From Paramecium tetraurelia (lineage: Eukaryota), in NCBI GenBank assembly GCA_000165425.1, contig CT867997.1:372001-436000 (forward strand): a DNA stretch of 64,000 bases. The letters run 5' to 3'. The translations under genes and the position numbers were made by a program. Positions 41,510 to 56,737 of the stretch are shown in pieces. The notes under the pieces are model-generated. The model was not told the origin of the DNA, searched no databases, and saw only the letters and a program-made list of their open reading frames with translations. The stretch's first letter is position 1, and every line of letters starts with the position of its first letter.

Positions 41510-42792
41510 TCATATAATGAAAATAAGGAATTTTCACAGTTCTGAATTATCAGATGGAACATGATCCTTCCCCAAATCTTGATTGTCCATCAATAATAGA
41601 TGCTCTATTAATACATCTCCCATCATTCTATGAACATAATTTTGTAATGCCTAATCAAGAGAGGCTGATTCATGTTCCGCTTACAACAATTACGTCATCT
41701 AAGTTGATAATGGCTAGGATATTTCCCTAACCATTTCAGAACATAAATCATTCAGGTATTTCTCAATGGCCAAATCATCCAAAGCCTCGAAGATTATTGT
41801 CCTCAACGTGTTTGGGATGATGTGATCCTTTATCACTCTTGCATATTATAAATCAATGTAATAATTAGCACTTGACTCCTAAATTGCTTCCTTTGCTATG
41901 ACGTATACTTCCTTATCCATGAAGTTTTGAATCGTTTGAAATGCAACCAATTTCATTGGATCCTTCTCCTACTCTGGCTTATCCTTGAACCTTTAATTTA
42001 ATATGCTTGTAACTAAATAATCAGTCTAATCTTTAACTACTTCATTAGCCATTCGTCTCACCACTCTATTCAATAGATCATCGATGATTCTCAAATATGC
42101 CTAATGCTTATCGCTGTAAAGTGACAAATCTTGGTTGTATTTGTTATAAGTAATTACTTCCAATACTATGTCTGGAATAAATTTATCCTAAGTATTATGA
42201 ACTTTCATACATATAGAACTTTTCTCAAATAATCCTCAGAATACAATTAACATACTTTAATTTTCTACTTTATTCTTGGTATTCTGAATCTCCTTACATG
42301 ATACCCTTTCATTGCAGCCTACAACATTATCAATCTCTTCAATCGCAATTTCGGAAGCGTATAAGCTTTGAATTCATTTATTATTTATTCTGGGGTTTTT
42401 TATGCTAAATTTGATTTCAACACCAGACTTTAGATTTTATCTTACGCTCTATCCTTCTGTTCCATAAAGTCCTTTTACCTATCATATTTTTATAGGTCGA
42501 TTGGTTTCTTTTGTAGTTCTACAGCCTCATAATAAGGTTATTAAACATATTTATTATTCGCGGATGTATAAATTGTTTAGGGTTTCAATTATCTAACAGG
42601 TATATCAGGAGTTACTCTTTATGATAAATTACCATAATCTTTAAATGTATTTGGATCATACCTATTATATTGAGGTTTATTGTGAAGCATAGGATCATAA
42701 TAGTCCATAGATAAATTTTATGGCTTCACAATCTCATAGCCATTTCTCTAAAGCTAGCTTTGATAATTTTAATTTGGGTTTTGCTAATTCAT
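41510..42792 (-). CDS. Hypothetical helical protein
   Basis: Code-6 ORF starting MNQQNPNQNYQSQL, with introns. The 3' end is approximate. Confidence 0.65.
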
Positions 42793-43680
42793 ATAATTTA
42801 GATAGCTATATTAAAATGTAATATAAATATTATTTTAGTTTAGTAATTTATTTATAAATGTAAATGTATTAATAATAAAGCAATATTTAGATAAGAGGAC
42901 TTAAATATCAATGTAATTGCCATAAATTCAACTGTTTTGAAATAAGTTTCATCATTATTTCATAAGTTTAAAAATGTCTTAATATGTTGAGAGAATCATC
43001 ATAAATAGATAGGTTTAGACTCTCTGGTCAATATTGTTTTAAATTATGAAGATCCTAATAATTTATAATTAAAATATATGATTTTAATTTGGAAGAAGCA
43101 AAAGTAGAATTGCAAAAGTAAATACAACATGCAAATAGAATATAAAACAATAATATTATTATTAGTAAGAAACTGAGTACTATAAAAATCATAAAAATTT
43201 GATTAATTTGAAGGAGATAATTCCATTAAATTTTTATCGTTCTATCTCTTTTCTTTAAAAAATACTGGATACCAAATATTAAATCGACAGTATAATACTA
43301 TAATATATATAAAAATATATTGAATTGTTTTTCTGTAACAAATGGTAGGGAAGATATTAAAAAAGAAATTTTCCAAAATTTTAGTTTTAATTAATCCACA
43401 AAATAAGATGTGATTCACATATTAGAGATAAAACATAAATGATATAATAAACAGTTATAATTTTCTCATAAAATCGATAATATTTCAATTTATCAAAGTA
43501 TTAATAAAGATGAACATATGATCGAATTTACTAACTCTATTATTTTGCAAGCGACCTTTAATAAAGTGTTTACTTATGATTTTGAATTCTCAATTTTATT
43601 GTTATTTTTACCCATTGTATTAAAACTTAAGATTAAGCTTTTGTTTTAAATTATATAAATAGGTAACATAAATATTTATA

Positions 43681-44072
43681 ATGAACTTTATGAATACTCA
43701 CTCATAATTTAATATCTAAAGGAAAACAATACCTCGACCAACGATATCTAGATAATTTACAAGAGAAAAAAGCTAAACCAATTTTAACCCAGCAACTCCA
43801 TCAGTAAGTTACTTATTGTTATGACTTAGACAAAATTTCGTATTACAAATAACATTCAGCAAATAAATAGAGATAAAATCCAGAAAGCTTGTGGGAACTA
43901 TTTTAATCAAAACGACGATACAACTGGGAGCACAAAAATGTCTAAAGGAATGACTTAGCATTTATTAAAAAAACATGAAATTGAATTTAAGCAATCGTGG
44001 TTTGAATAAGAAGACAGAGAAGAAGAAATTCAATTCGCTCTTCTTCTCTAAACTCTTGATAAGATCTTGTGA
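43681..44072 (+). CDS. Small hypothetical protein
   Basis: MNFMNTHSQF..PATPS, a 26-nt intron, then TKFRIT..KIQKACG..LLLQTLDKIL-TGA. Confidence 0.6.
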
Positions 44073-44261
44073 TTCTAATACTTGCATTTATATGATAAGA
44101 GTTTTTAATGGAATGTGTTTATAATTAATAAATAAAATTTGTTTAGAATTAGATTATTTCATTCAGTATGATATGGGGATAATTAATTAATGCACCAGAC
44201 AATTTTACGAGATAAATAAAATAAATATTAAATTATATACTAATGAATAAGACCCACAGAT

Positions 44262-45676
<1,415 letters not shown>

Positions 45677-46694
45677 TTAATATATTAATAATATAAATAA
45701 ATTTATTTTAAGGTTAAAAAAGATTAGAGTATCTGAAAGAATATACTATTAAAATCAAGTAATAATTAAAGTATTTGTATTTATTGAGGAAAGTTGATTT
45801 GGATTATAATTTATCTTTAAAAGTTCTGTAACTGTATCAAAAACAAAGCGAACATCACTTGAAATGAATAGTAATCAATAACTAATATGGAGTATTTATA
45901 TCTTACAAAAATGAATGCATACTCTAAACACAAATATGTTGGTTAATCAACAATATATTTATCATTTTATTTTTAATGAAATCATTTTATTCAGTAAATT
46001 AAAAACCTTCATTCATTAAGAATAATATTGAATTAAATCAAACTGAATCTAGTAAATCGATTTAAGCAACTTTGATAATAGCTTAAAAAAAATTCAACAC
46101 TTTCTAGAATTACATTTTTTATAAATTTAAGGTACTATATAAAATACAAAATCCATTTGTTATTCCAGATATATGTGTTTAGAATTCAAATATAAAACAA
46201 AATTATAATATACAAGGCATAACCCAAGTGTATATTCATCATAAAGATTATCTTTAAGCTATTTCTGAAATTTCAGTGATTGTACAAAAATAATCCTACA
46301 AAAGAAGATTTTAGAATTAAACTAAACTTCATTATTGAATAAGTCAACATTAGGCAGGATTGAGTTCAAAATTTACATCCCATAATAGATCTAGAGTCTA
46401 TGGATTCTATGTGATTGCTCTGTAATATCTAGAATAAATGAGATGACTGTATGGATTATATAAACAACTGATAAAGTACCCGATAAACTTAGACTGCGAA
46501 ACATGAATGGTTGAGATGTTGGAGGATTATAAACGAATAGGAATTTTTGGTTCGTCTAAAAAAATCAGTTACTAAAACTAACTTAGGAATTTTATAAGAA
46601 GAATAATGGTGTAGAGAAATGATGCGTAATTTTTTCATCGCCTTCGATATTATAATATTATATTAAATAATCATTTCTAAAATACAAATTATAA

Positions 46695-47290
46695 TCACAA
46701 TTTATAAGGTAAACCCTTACTCCTTTTTGAATTTTTAATAAGACTATATATACTAAAAATGTTATACTTTTGTTTTAAAAAGAGATTCTCTATGTTGTTG
46801 AGAAGATTTTAGTAAGTAAGAGGTGGAAGCTTGTTTCCTTTTTTCTCTGGATGCTTAAATTAACACCTTTCTCCGTAGCAACAATACCTAATGTTAATTA
46901 TTTAATATGTACCCATCTTTTGTGTAATTTTTACAAATTTGTGTTTTGTAATTATGAGGAACATGCACTTTTTGCCTTACTTCATGTTTTCCATGAGCAA
47001 ATGCACACTAATTTATTTATACTTCAATATACTTGTTTTCCATAAGGGCAATAGCCTTCTATAGACCAATATTTGCAAATCTATAAACAAATAAAGACTA
47101 GAAATACCTCAGTTTTGACTTTCACTATGAAGGAAGTCTTATTTTTGTTCTTTTATTACTTTTTTATTTGGCGTTCACATTCGTCTTAAATACTTTCACT
47201 ATATATGGTAATGATAACAAAATACCAACTCAAGCCTTGTGAAAGATTATCATTCTCGTCTTAAGTTGAAACATTGCAACACTATTACAT
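46695..47290 (-). CDS. Tandem CCCH zinc-finger (TIS11/ZFP36-like) RNA-binding protein
   Basis: [26 protein letters not shown] and YKTQICKNYTKDGYCCYGERCQFKH after removing about 5 tiny introns. Confidence 0.9.
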
Positions 47291-49142
47291 TATATATATT
47301 CTTAAATATCTTAATAATATTATTAACAAATTATTTAATCATTTTTGGATTAAATAGAATCATAAAATTAATAATATAATAAATTAATGATTGTTATAAT
47401 ATTATTAACAATTGAGAAAATCTATGAAATCATCATATAATAGCAATATCAAAGGCTAAAACAAAAGTTTTATATATGATATAAATAATGAATATAAATT
47501 TTGATCTAAAAAATATAAAAATTAATATATTTTAATCAATATTCGTAATTAGAATCAAATAAATGGAATGACGATGATATAATAACAAAATTAAAATCAT
47601 ACACTTGATTATAAATCCCATGCTTTGTTTATATAAGTTATATTTCTCTTAAATTATTTTTGATTAGAAAAATGACTTAGAAATCACTAATTCAAATACT
47701 GATATATAAACAATGATTAGTTTTTTGTTGAATCCTTGTGGATTTGCAAATGATAACTAATTTAATTGGCTAATACATTAGAAGATTTGACTTGATGAAA
47801 TTATTACCATTTTGTAATTTTTTATTGTTAAGAAATTGAAAGGGCATCAAGAATACTAGCGACATTATTTATTTCTGCCTCTTTGTCAATTGAATTAAAA
47901 TAATAAATTATTGATATAAATATTTATATTTTTAAAATCAAATTATTTTTATTTCATCAAATAGAAAGTGGCTTCATGATTGATTTTCATGTTGATAAGT
48001 CTATTTGTTTAGGATATTCTTTTAAACATTATCGATTCTAATTATAGTTATTTCAATTTATGACTATTAACATCCTTTAAATATAGTGTCTTAAAAAGGA
48101 TTCAGAGTTTAATTTTATCAAAATTATGCTGCTTTATAGCACAAGTGGATAAAATATTCTTTGGGTTTAGTGATGATGATTTTAGTTGTAGCCTATTGAA
48201 ATCTTTCGTCATAAAAATAATTATTAACACAGTATTTTTGTAATGAGTTGTTGGACAAGTAGAAAAATATATAAATAATGAAAATACTCCTTAAATAATT
48301 ATAATCATTGAAATTCTTTTTTACTAATCAAGATTTTTTATGTTGAAGCTAACTTTAGTTTAATATTTTTAAAGCCAACTATTTTTTGAATTTTTGAAGT
48401 TCGATCACTTCACCTGGAAATTGGTTTAAGTTAATGATCGTATATGTTTTATATTAGTGTTATTCAGGTGCTTAGGTATTAAAATTCATGAGGATTATTA
48501 ATAATTATTTCAATTATATTTAGATATGTTTTAATCTTGAATTAAATAATCACAGCCATAAAACCATCAAATCGTTCTAATTAGAATAAAAGATATTGAA
48601 TGGAACTATTTAATAATTAATCATCTTTAGAAATTCAAATGATTAAAAAACTTTAATATTTAAATATAATTATTATTTTTATCCAAATATATCAATCTAA
48701 AACTTTTCATCTAAATTATTCTAAAGAAGTCTAATATAAAATTATAAAATAAAAAATTTTAAAACTATTTTTAGATATCCACACTAGCGAATTATATCAC
48801 AAATTCAAAACAAATTAAGATAAATTAAATTAAATAATCTGATATAATTTACATATAATAGTGATTTATATATTAACAATTGCAAATATCATATTTTATA
48901 ACATAAATAAAATGTTTAGATTTTCAAACTCAAATTGGCTATAATTTTTGAATTTTTTTCAATATTATAAGAATTGATCTAGATGTTCCAATGTTTATGT
49001 ATGCAATTCAGATTTCAAAGGATTTCGAAATGTTTTTTGATTAATATTAAGATTATTTGTAATTAACTGCTCATTTATCGACTTGAAGTATTAGTTTGAG
49101 ATTTATTATTTAACTTCTTCTAATAATTAAATTAAGTTATAA

Positions 49143-51291
49143 ATGTCTAAAGAGGTGTAAGGCTTGTTGAAGACGTATTTGTAGGTCGAAAAGGAGGCTC
49201 AATAGATTAAAGATAAATAAATAAAGTTAGCTAAAGTAAAGAAATCTAGTAAATAAGAATTTAGCGAATTCCTGAAATAGGTCCTCATCCTTAAAAGTAA
49301 TCATAAAACAAAGTTAAGGAGTAAGTTTCAGCTCTGAAATAAAAGAGAATTCAATTAGAAAAGGAATCCCATAAAATATCTTAAGAACATGATTATATGT
49401 AACAAATCCTTTAAAATGAATTAAAGAAATAATTAGCTCCTCCTCAAAAGCATAATGATATATTATTAAATCTAGAAAAAGTAGCACAAGAAACTTAATT
49501 CACATATCTCAAATTCAGAACAGAGAAGTTTGTATAAAAATTGGGGAAGATCTTTTCTATTTTTTCAATCAAGCAGGAATTTCTTCATAAATTAAAGAAG
49601 CATCAATAGAAATCCTAAGAAGATTTGCATCAATACATAGAATTCAGAAATTTCCAATTACAAAAGAAGGCCTTTAATTGCTGGACCCTTTATTTTAAAT
49701 AAATAAAGGAAGAGAGAAGATTGAAGGAAGAATAACAATAGAAGAAATACGAAATGGGATAGAATGTAAGAAATTGTATTAATTTTAGCAATTGGCTTTG
49801 GAATTCAATAACTTTTGTTTAACAAATAAATGCTTCAAAGCTCTTAAGTAATATGTTAAGATGAATAAATTAACTAAATAATTTGAGACAGATTAAAATT
49901 AAATCAAAGTTAAAGTCAATAATTTCTTGAATCAAATGCAAAGGCAGATATCTGATGCTTTAGAAAAAGAGAAGGAGGAAATTTAATTGATTAAATAATC
50001 AAATTTGATAAACGATGAAGAATTGACAATTTCAAATTCCTAATAATCAATATAATCAGAGAGAGAAGAGTAAATTGATCTCAATTAAGAAGAAATTCTT
50101 TAGTCTTATGAAAATGAATTTTTATAATAGTCAAATGAAGAATAAATGTAATTAACAATAAAACCTATACAACAACCTGAAATATAATAAATTAATCAGA
50201 AGAAATAAAACGAGAAATAAATAATTGAATAATAGGAGGTAATTAATGGAAAATAAAAAACTCCAATCATTAAGGAAAGTTATCAACCTCCTTTACCAAT
50301 AAATCCTTGGAAATAGAAGTAGACCACATCAATTTAAAATATGGTTGAAGATAATGAATAATCAATATAGAAGCAAAATAGTCCTCAAAATATGTCATAA
50401 TAAAGTTTTTCAAGATAAAGATCTGTTGATAAAAAGAGTACTTACAATAAGGAATTAGAAGAAAAGGCAAAAAAAAGAAAGGAAATGAATGAAGTCATTA
50501 AGAAGAAGCATGAAGATAAAAAGAAATAGAAAGAAATAGAAAAATAATAATAGGAATAATAAAGATAGTTGGAGATAAAAAAGCAAAAGGAGGAGGAATA
50601 CAACAGAATTCAGGAAAAAAAGAAGAGAGAATTAGAACAAAAATAAAAAATGGAACAAGAGAAATTTGAACTTGAATATAAAACTGAAATTGCAATAAGA
50701 CATTATGAAAAAAGTTTACAAAAATATCAAATATTCATACCTATTTTGAAATTGCATCAACAATATCAAAATAATTAGTAGAGAGCAGAAAATCATTACG
50801 AAAATAATTTAAAATAAAGCCTTTTTCTTATCTTAAAAAAGATTAAATAAATATGTGAGGATTAAAGAGAATATGAAGAATAAATTAGGATCAATATATC
50901 TAATAATCATTATGAAAGAAATTTAAAACTAAAAGCTATTTTCAGTCTAAAATCACTTCAGAAAAATTAAAAAGACAAACTAAAGGATGCTTTATAGATT
51001 AGAGAAAAGTATATTAAAAGACATATTATGACTGCTTGGTATATTTAATTGCCAGAATTGAGAGCTGAGAATGTAAAACTTGAAAGAGCTTCAGAGAGAT
51101 TAGTTAATGATTTTAGAAGAGTAAATTTTATCATAAAATTATAGGCTATACTTTAGAAACAATTTTTTAATCAATGGAAAACTGTGGCTAGGGAAAATAT
51201 TGCTTAAAGAATACGAGAGTAGAACAAATAGGAAATGTGGCAAAAAGTAAATTAATGGCTTTAAGAATTTGATGATGAAAAGATTGAATGA
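49143..51291 (+). CDS. Coiled-coil protein with Sfi1-like repeats (A..HY...L...F..W), CCDC191-like
   Basis: IAIRHYEKSL, RAENHYENNLK and NNHYERNLKLKAIF, ending FFNQWK..MWQKVNQWLQEF. The family assignment is an inference. Confidence 0.65.
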
Positions 51292-51389
51292 ATAATTTAT
51301 TTAACTTTATATTCATATTTATAAAATCATTATAATATTTAGAATTATAAATAGAAAATGTATGAAAAATTAAAAAAGTATATTTCTTA

Positions 51390-53126
51390 ATGGAGTTAGA
51401 AAAACCAATCAAATAAGATGTTCACAATTACCCACCTAAAATAGAATAAGCATAGGAACAATAAACAGTCTAAATTGAATTCAAACAGATTTTATAAGGT
51501 TTGGAAGATTAAATTGCTTAAGCGTTCTAAAATTCTGCATATTTTGAAAAAGAGAACTTTAAAGATCATCATTCTATTTAAATGGTGATCTTTAAAGAGT
51601 TGAGAGCTACAGAATAGTGGTAATAATTGTAGAATGAAACTCCTATGGGAATTTATAATTCTATCTTTCCAAAGAAGTTAATTCGATACTTGATAGATTA
51701 AATTAATGTAAAAATGAAGACTTCATTTGCTAACTAAGATGAAAAGTAAATTAGAAAAAAATTAGTGAAGATAGATTAAATATTCGATTTTTTTGGAATA
51801 AAGATAATAATGGGATACATTAAAATGCCTCATTTGGAAGATTATTTTAATGAGAAGCAATTATTTTAATGCAAAATATTCGAATGTTTTAAAGAGGGTA
51901 GATTCAAGTGTTTAGAATAATGGAGTAACTTTACTGACGAATGTCTACTAAAGAATATCAATAAAGCAAAGCCAATAAATGAATTTTAAACAATTAGAGT
52001 ATGTAAAAAAATTGGAAAAACGTTAAGAAATATTAAAACACCTGGAAAAGATTTAATACTATAAGTAAATTCAGGATTCATAATAGAATAGTCAATTAAT
52101 TCTTAATAAATAATGATTTGTGATCCAAAGAGCAAATTAATAGTTTGGTAATACTTTTGTAACAACATCCAAGAAGAGAAAGTAGGTCTTTAAATTGTTC
52201 ATGTATTACAGTAGTTCAAGGATAACAATCATACATTGTACATCTACGATAATATTCTAAATTTAGAGTAAATTGCATATTTGAAAATTAAACTCAAAAT
52301 TTAATGTGTCCAAAAGCTTGATAGCATTTAAGCAAGCTAAGTGCCTTAAATTCCACTTTATCTCGATTATATGTCGATAATTAAAGAGCAAAATGAAGTT
52401 TTTGCTGTTACTTCTGGAGAATAGATTTAGCAATTAATCTGCACTTATAATCAATACAAAGAGACTATGTTATTGTATTGCATACACAAATTTAGGCCAA
52501 ATTTTTCGTATATTCATTACTCAAGTGCAATTATGACTGAATTATAAGAAATTACAATATGGAATTCTTATTAGATTGTTATGAAATTAAAAGCCTCACA
52601 GCACTAGTAAACGTATGAATAGTTTCGATTAGGGTTAGCTTAAGAATTATTGAAGAATAAAATTACTTAAATAAAGAATGTTCCAACTTTATTACATAAA
52701 TAGAAAGTAGTGAATGTGGCTTTGGGGACAGAAATATTTGGGGATTATGGCTAAGGAACCAAAATCAATACAAAATCCTTATTCCACATCCCAACAATTA
52801 TGGCTACTCCTAAAACTTATGCTGGATCAATGAATTGCTTAGTTTGTAAAAGAAATACTTAATTAATCACTCTATGTAAACCTTGTTCAGAGATATCAGG
52901 TAAGTTAGTTATTCTATGTGCTTGTGATTGCTTTTATTTGTTCCATCAGAATACTTTGGAATACATAATAAATGGAGAAGATGTTACTCAGACCTAGTAT
53001 AAATCAATAGAATAATCAAGCCAACAATTATATCATTAAGCCTTTTAATAGAAACCTGGTTTGATGTATGAAAATGTGGATAAGGGCAAATCTGTTTAGT
53101 ATGCAAAGTAAGTAGAGATTGAATGA
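51390..53126 (+). CDS. PGML: Domesticated piggyBac transposase, PiggyMac-like (probably PgmL1 class), catalytically degenerate
   Basis: Intronless 578-aa code-6 ORF. piggyBac-family blocks are PMGIYNSIFP, IFDFFGIKIIMGYIKMPHLEDYF, RF, PGKDL, HTLYIYDN, YNQY, IWNSY and FRLGLAQELL. The C-terminal Cys-rich domain is H..CLVC-x9-CKPC-x10-CACDCFYLFH. Confidence 0.88.
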
Positions 53127-53516
53127 TTGATTAAATATATAAATAAATTTAACAAGATACATATTTCTATCAATTTCTTTGTAATTATTTTAATTATCAA
53201 TGAGATTATAATTCTTAAAGATAATGAACCTAAAATCATTGATAATAAGATCTAGCATGAATTTCATAGAATATGCTTATTGTAAAGTATCAAAGTCATG
53301 AGACTATACTCAATAATATTATTAATTCTAATGGGATTGCCCTAGTTGTTGAATAGGGAGACCCTTGTTTAGAATCAATTGTATTAGAAAATAAACTATA
53401 TAGAACTGATTAGAGAGTTTAATGAAAGAATTAAGATAATAAAATTTATGTTATTTAAAATGCTTTTTGCAATTCAAAAAGCAAGATAATATTTTTAAAA
53501 AACCACATTTTAATTT

Positions 53517-56500
53517 ATGGATCAAAAACAAAGTTTCGCAAGAAGAGACAAGCTAAGAGCGATTGAAATATCAATCCAGGAATAATGGGCAGCCAATTAA
53601 TCTTTCTATTCAAATCCAGATGAGAGAAAGAAATTTTTCTTGACTTTTCCATTCCCATATGTAAGAGATCTATATATTCTATTAGGCTAATGGTAGATTG
53701 CATCTAGGCCATTGTTTCTCATTTAGCAAGTGCGATTTTATTGCAAGATTTAAAAGACTTTAGGGTCAAAATGTGCTCTTGCCATTTGCATTTCATTGCA
53801 CAGGAATGCCAATTAGTGCTGCTGCCAAAAGACTTTAACGTGATTTGGACACATTGGTAAAATCAATAGTTAATATTAGAAATCAGGATAAGAGTTACCA
53901 AAGCAATGCTAATACTCATCACTTCTTTAGATGAATATAAAGGAAGATGAAATTCATAAATTTACTGATCCATATTATTGGATTCGTTTTTTCCCATCTT
54001 TGGGTAAGGAAGATTTGATTTCTTTTGGATCCTCAGTTGATTGGAGAAGAAGTTTCATCACCACAGATGAAAATCCATACTTTAATTCATTTATTGAATG
54101 GCATTTAACTAAATTGAAGGAAGCTGGATATGTCAAATTCGGATAGAGACCTTCAATATTTAGTACTTAAGATGGTTAATTGTGTGCTGATCATGATAGA
54201 AGAGAAGGAGAAGGAGTCAACCCATAAGAATACACATTAATCAAATAAAGAGTATTAAAGCCAGAATTGGTAGATGCAGCTTTGGCTGGAAAAAACCTCT
54301 TTTTGGTATGTGCTACTTTAAGACCAGAAACAATGTATGGTCAAACTAATACATTCGTATTGCCTGAAGGAGAATATGGAGTATTCGAAATGAAAAATGA
54401 TGAATTATTTGTTTGTAGTGAAAGATCAGCATTAAATATGGCCTATCAAGGTTTGACCAAAGAAGAAAAGAAGGTTAACAAAGTAGCTACAGTTTTGGGA
54501 ACATAATTAATTGGATTGGAAATTAAAGCTCCTTTGACTAATTATGAGAAAGTATATGTGTTACCTATGCCTGGAATCAAAATGAATAAGGCAACTGGAG
54601 TTGTTACATCCGTCCCAAGTGATGCCCCAGATGATTGGGCTACCTTAAGAGATTTGTAAAAGAAACCTGATTTTTATAAAATCAAACCAGAATGGGCTGA
54701 TTTCAAACCCATTCCAATTATTGATGTTCCTAAATATGGCGATTTAGCCGCTTTGACTGCATGCGATCAACTCTAGATCAAATCATTGAAAGATAAAGAC
54801 TTATTGTAAAGAGCAAAAGAAGAAGTCTACAAGGCAGGTTTTTATGAAGGAAAAATGATTATTGGAAAATACAAAGGAATGAAAGTTTGTGATGCCAAGC
54901 CATTAGTTAGAAAGGACATGATTGAAAGCGGTGAAGCCTTGCCATATTTCGAACCAGAGAACACAGTCATTTCAAGAAATGGTGATGAATGCGTAGTTTC
55001 CTATTGTGATTAATGGTACATCACATATGAGAATCAAGAGTGGAAGGATAGAGTTAAGGAGCACGTTAAAAACAATTTCGAAACTTACAATGTTAAAGTC
55101 AAACAAGAATTATTGGATGCCATCGATTGGATTAGAGAATGGGGATTGTCTCGAAGTTTCGGATTAGGTACAAAGGTGCCTTGGGATAAGCAATATTTGA
55201 TTGAATCCCTTTCAGATTCAACCATTTATTTCGCTTATTATACAGTTGCTCATTATATATAAGGAGACCTAAATGGAACTGTTCCAGGACTTGCTGGATT
55301 CACTGCAAATCAAATGACAATTCCTGTTTACGATTATTTGTATTTGGGCAAGGACAGTGAATAGGTTCCACCTGAAATGAAACCATAATTGGATGTCATG
55401 AGAAAGGAATTCTTGTATTATTATCCAATGAACTTGAGATCATCTGGAAAAGATTTAATTAAAAATCATCTCATCTTTGCATTGTTCAATCATGCAGCTG
55501 TTTGGAAAGACTAACCTTAATTGTGGCCAAAAGGTTATTTCTGTAATGGTTACATATTGGTTGATGGTTAGAAGATGTCCAAGTAATTAGGAAACTTTAA
55601 GACTGTTTAAGATATGATTAAGATCTACGGAGCTGATGCAACAAGATTAGGATGTGCTGAAGCAGGAGATTTGTTGGATGATGCTAATTATGAATTGAAA
55701 TTAGCCGATTCTGGTATCTTGAAATTGACAACACTTGAAATGTATCTTGAAAAGATCTTCCCAGTTATATAAAACTATCGTACTCAAGCCTAATCTAAAA
55801 ACATTGAATTTTTCGATAAAGTCTTTGAGAGCTAAATCAATCATCAAGCCATACAAGTTATTTAGAATTATGAAGAGATGAAATTCAGAGATGTTGCCAA
55901 AAATGGATTCCATGTCTTGTAAGGATACAAGGATGATTACTTACTTGCTGTTTAAACTGAAGGACCTAATAAAAATTTAATATTAAAATACATTGAAATC
56001 CAATTAACCTTGATGAATCCAATAGTTCCTCATATAACTGAATATTGCTATTAGAAATATTTCTATCCATTTGTTAAAGACTAAGGATATCCAGAAACAT
56101 TGACTAAGTTTGTCTTACCCAATGTTGGAACCTATGTGTATGATGCAAATGTTCTTAGATAATATAATTACCTTTAAATATTAATGAGTAGTTTGAGAGT
56201 TGCTATTGCTAAATACAAGGAAACTCTTAAGAAGCAAAAGAAGCCAGAAGTTATTAATAAGGTTACTTTGGTTGTTGCTAAAGACTTTGCTGATTGGTAG
56301 AAAGAAGTCTTAATCTTCATGAATAGACAATTGATTGATAATGAACCAGGCTTTGATTTCAACGCTTAAATCAAGGCTAACAAGGGTAAAAATATGGCTG
56401 CCTAATTACAATTTAGCAATTATATCATGGTAATACTTCAATATTAAATGTTAGGGTGAATATAAATAAAGAGGAGTAGATGCCATCAATCCAAATCCTA

Positions 56501-56698
56501 CCCTTGATGAGGAAGCATTCTTAAACAATTTTACTTAGTATATAATTAGTGATCTGAAGGTTAAAGAATTCGCTGTAATTTATGTTTATTATCCTTTAGA
56601 TTATTGACTCAATAGTAGCCTAGAAGAGTGATGCAAAACCAGTTCAATAAGCAGGTAATAATGCATAACCTGGAAAACCCTGCCCATTATTTGAATGA
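53517..56698 (+). CDS. LARS: Leucyl-tRNA synthetase (eukaryotic cytosolic type)
   Basis: Motifs [72 protein letters not shown] and KMSKQLGNF. Possible upstream in-frame starts at 53448 and 53460. Confidence 0.97.
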
Positions 56699-56737
56699 TT
56701 ATATAGCATATAGATGTTCAAATTATAAATATTCCAA

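Noticed and set aside
41479..41560. Possible read-through from the 42792 gene into the CCX exchanger
   Set aside because: A recount shows an in-frame TGA at 41510-41512.
53250..53290. HEFHRICL RING-like scrap between the PgmL gene and LeuRS
   Set aside because: The other RING ligands are absent and the match is too short to support a call.
51292..53300. Active piggyBac transposon
   Set aside because: I saw no TIRs, the catalytic triad is eroded, and the gene is packed between cellular genes. Domestication fits better.
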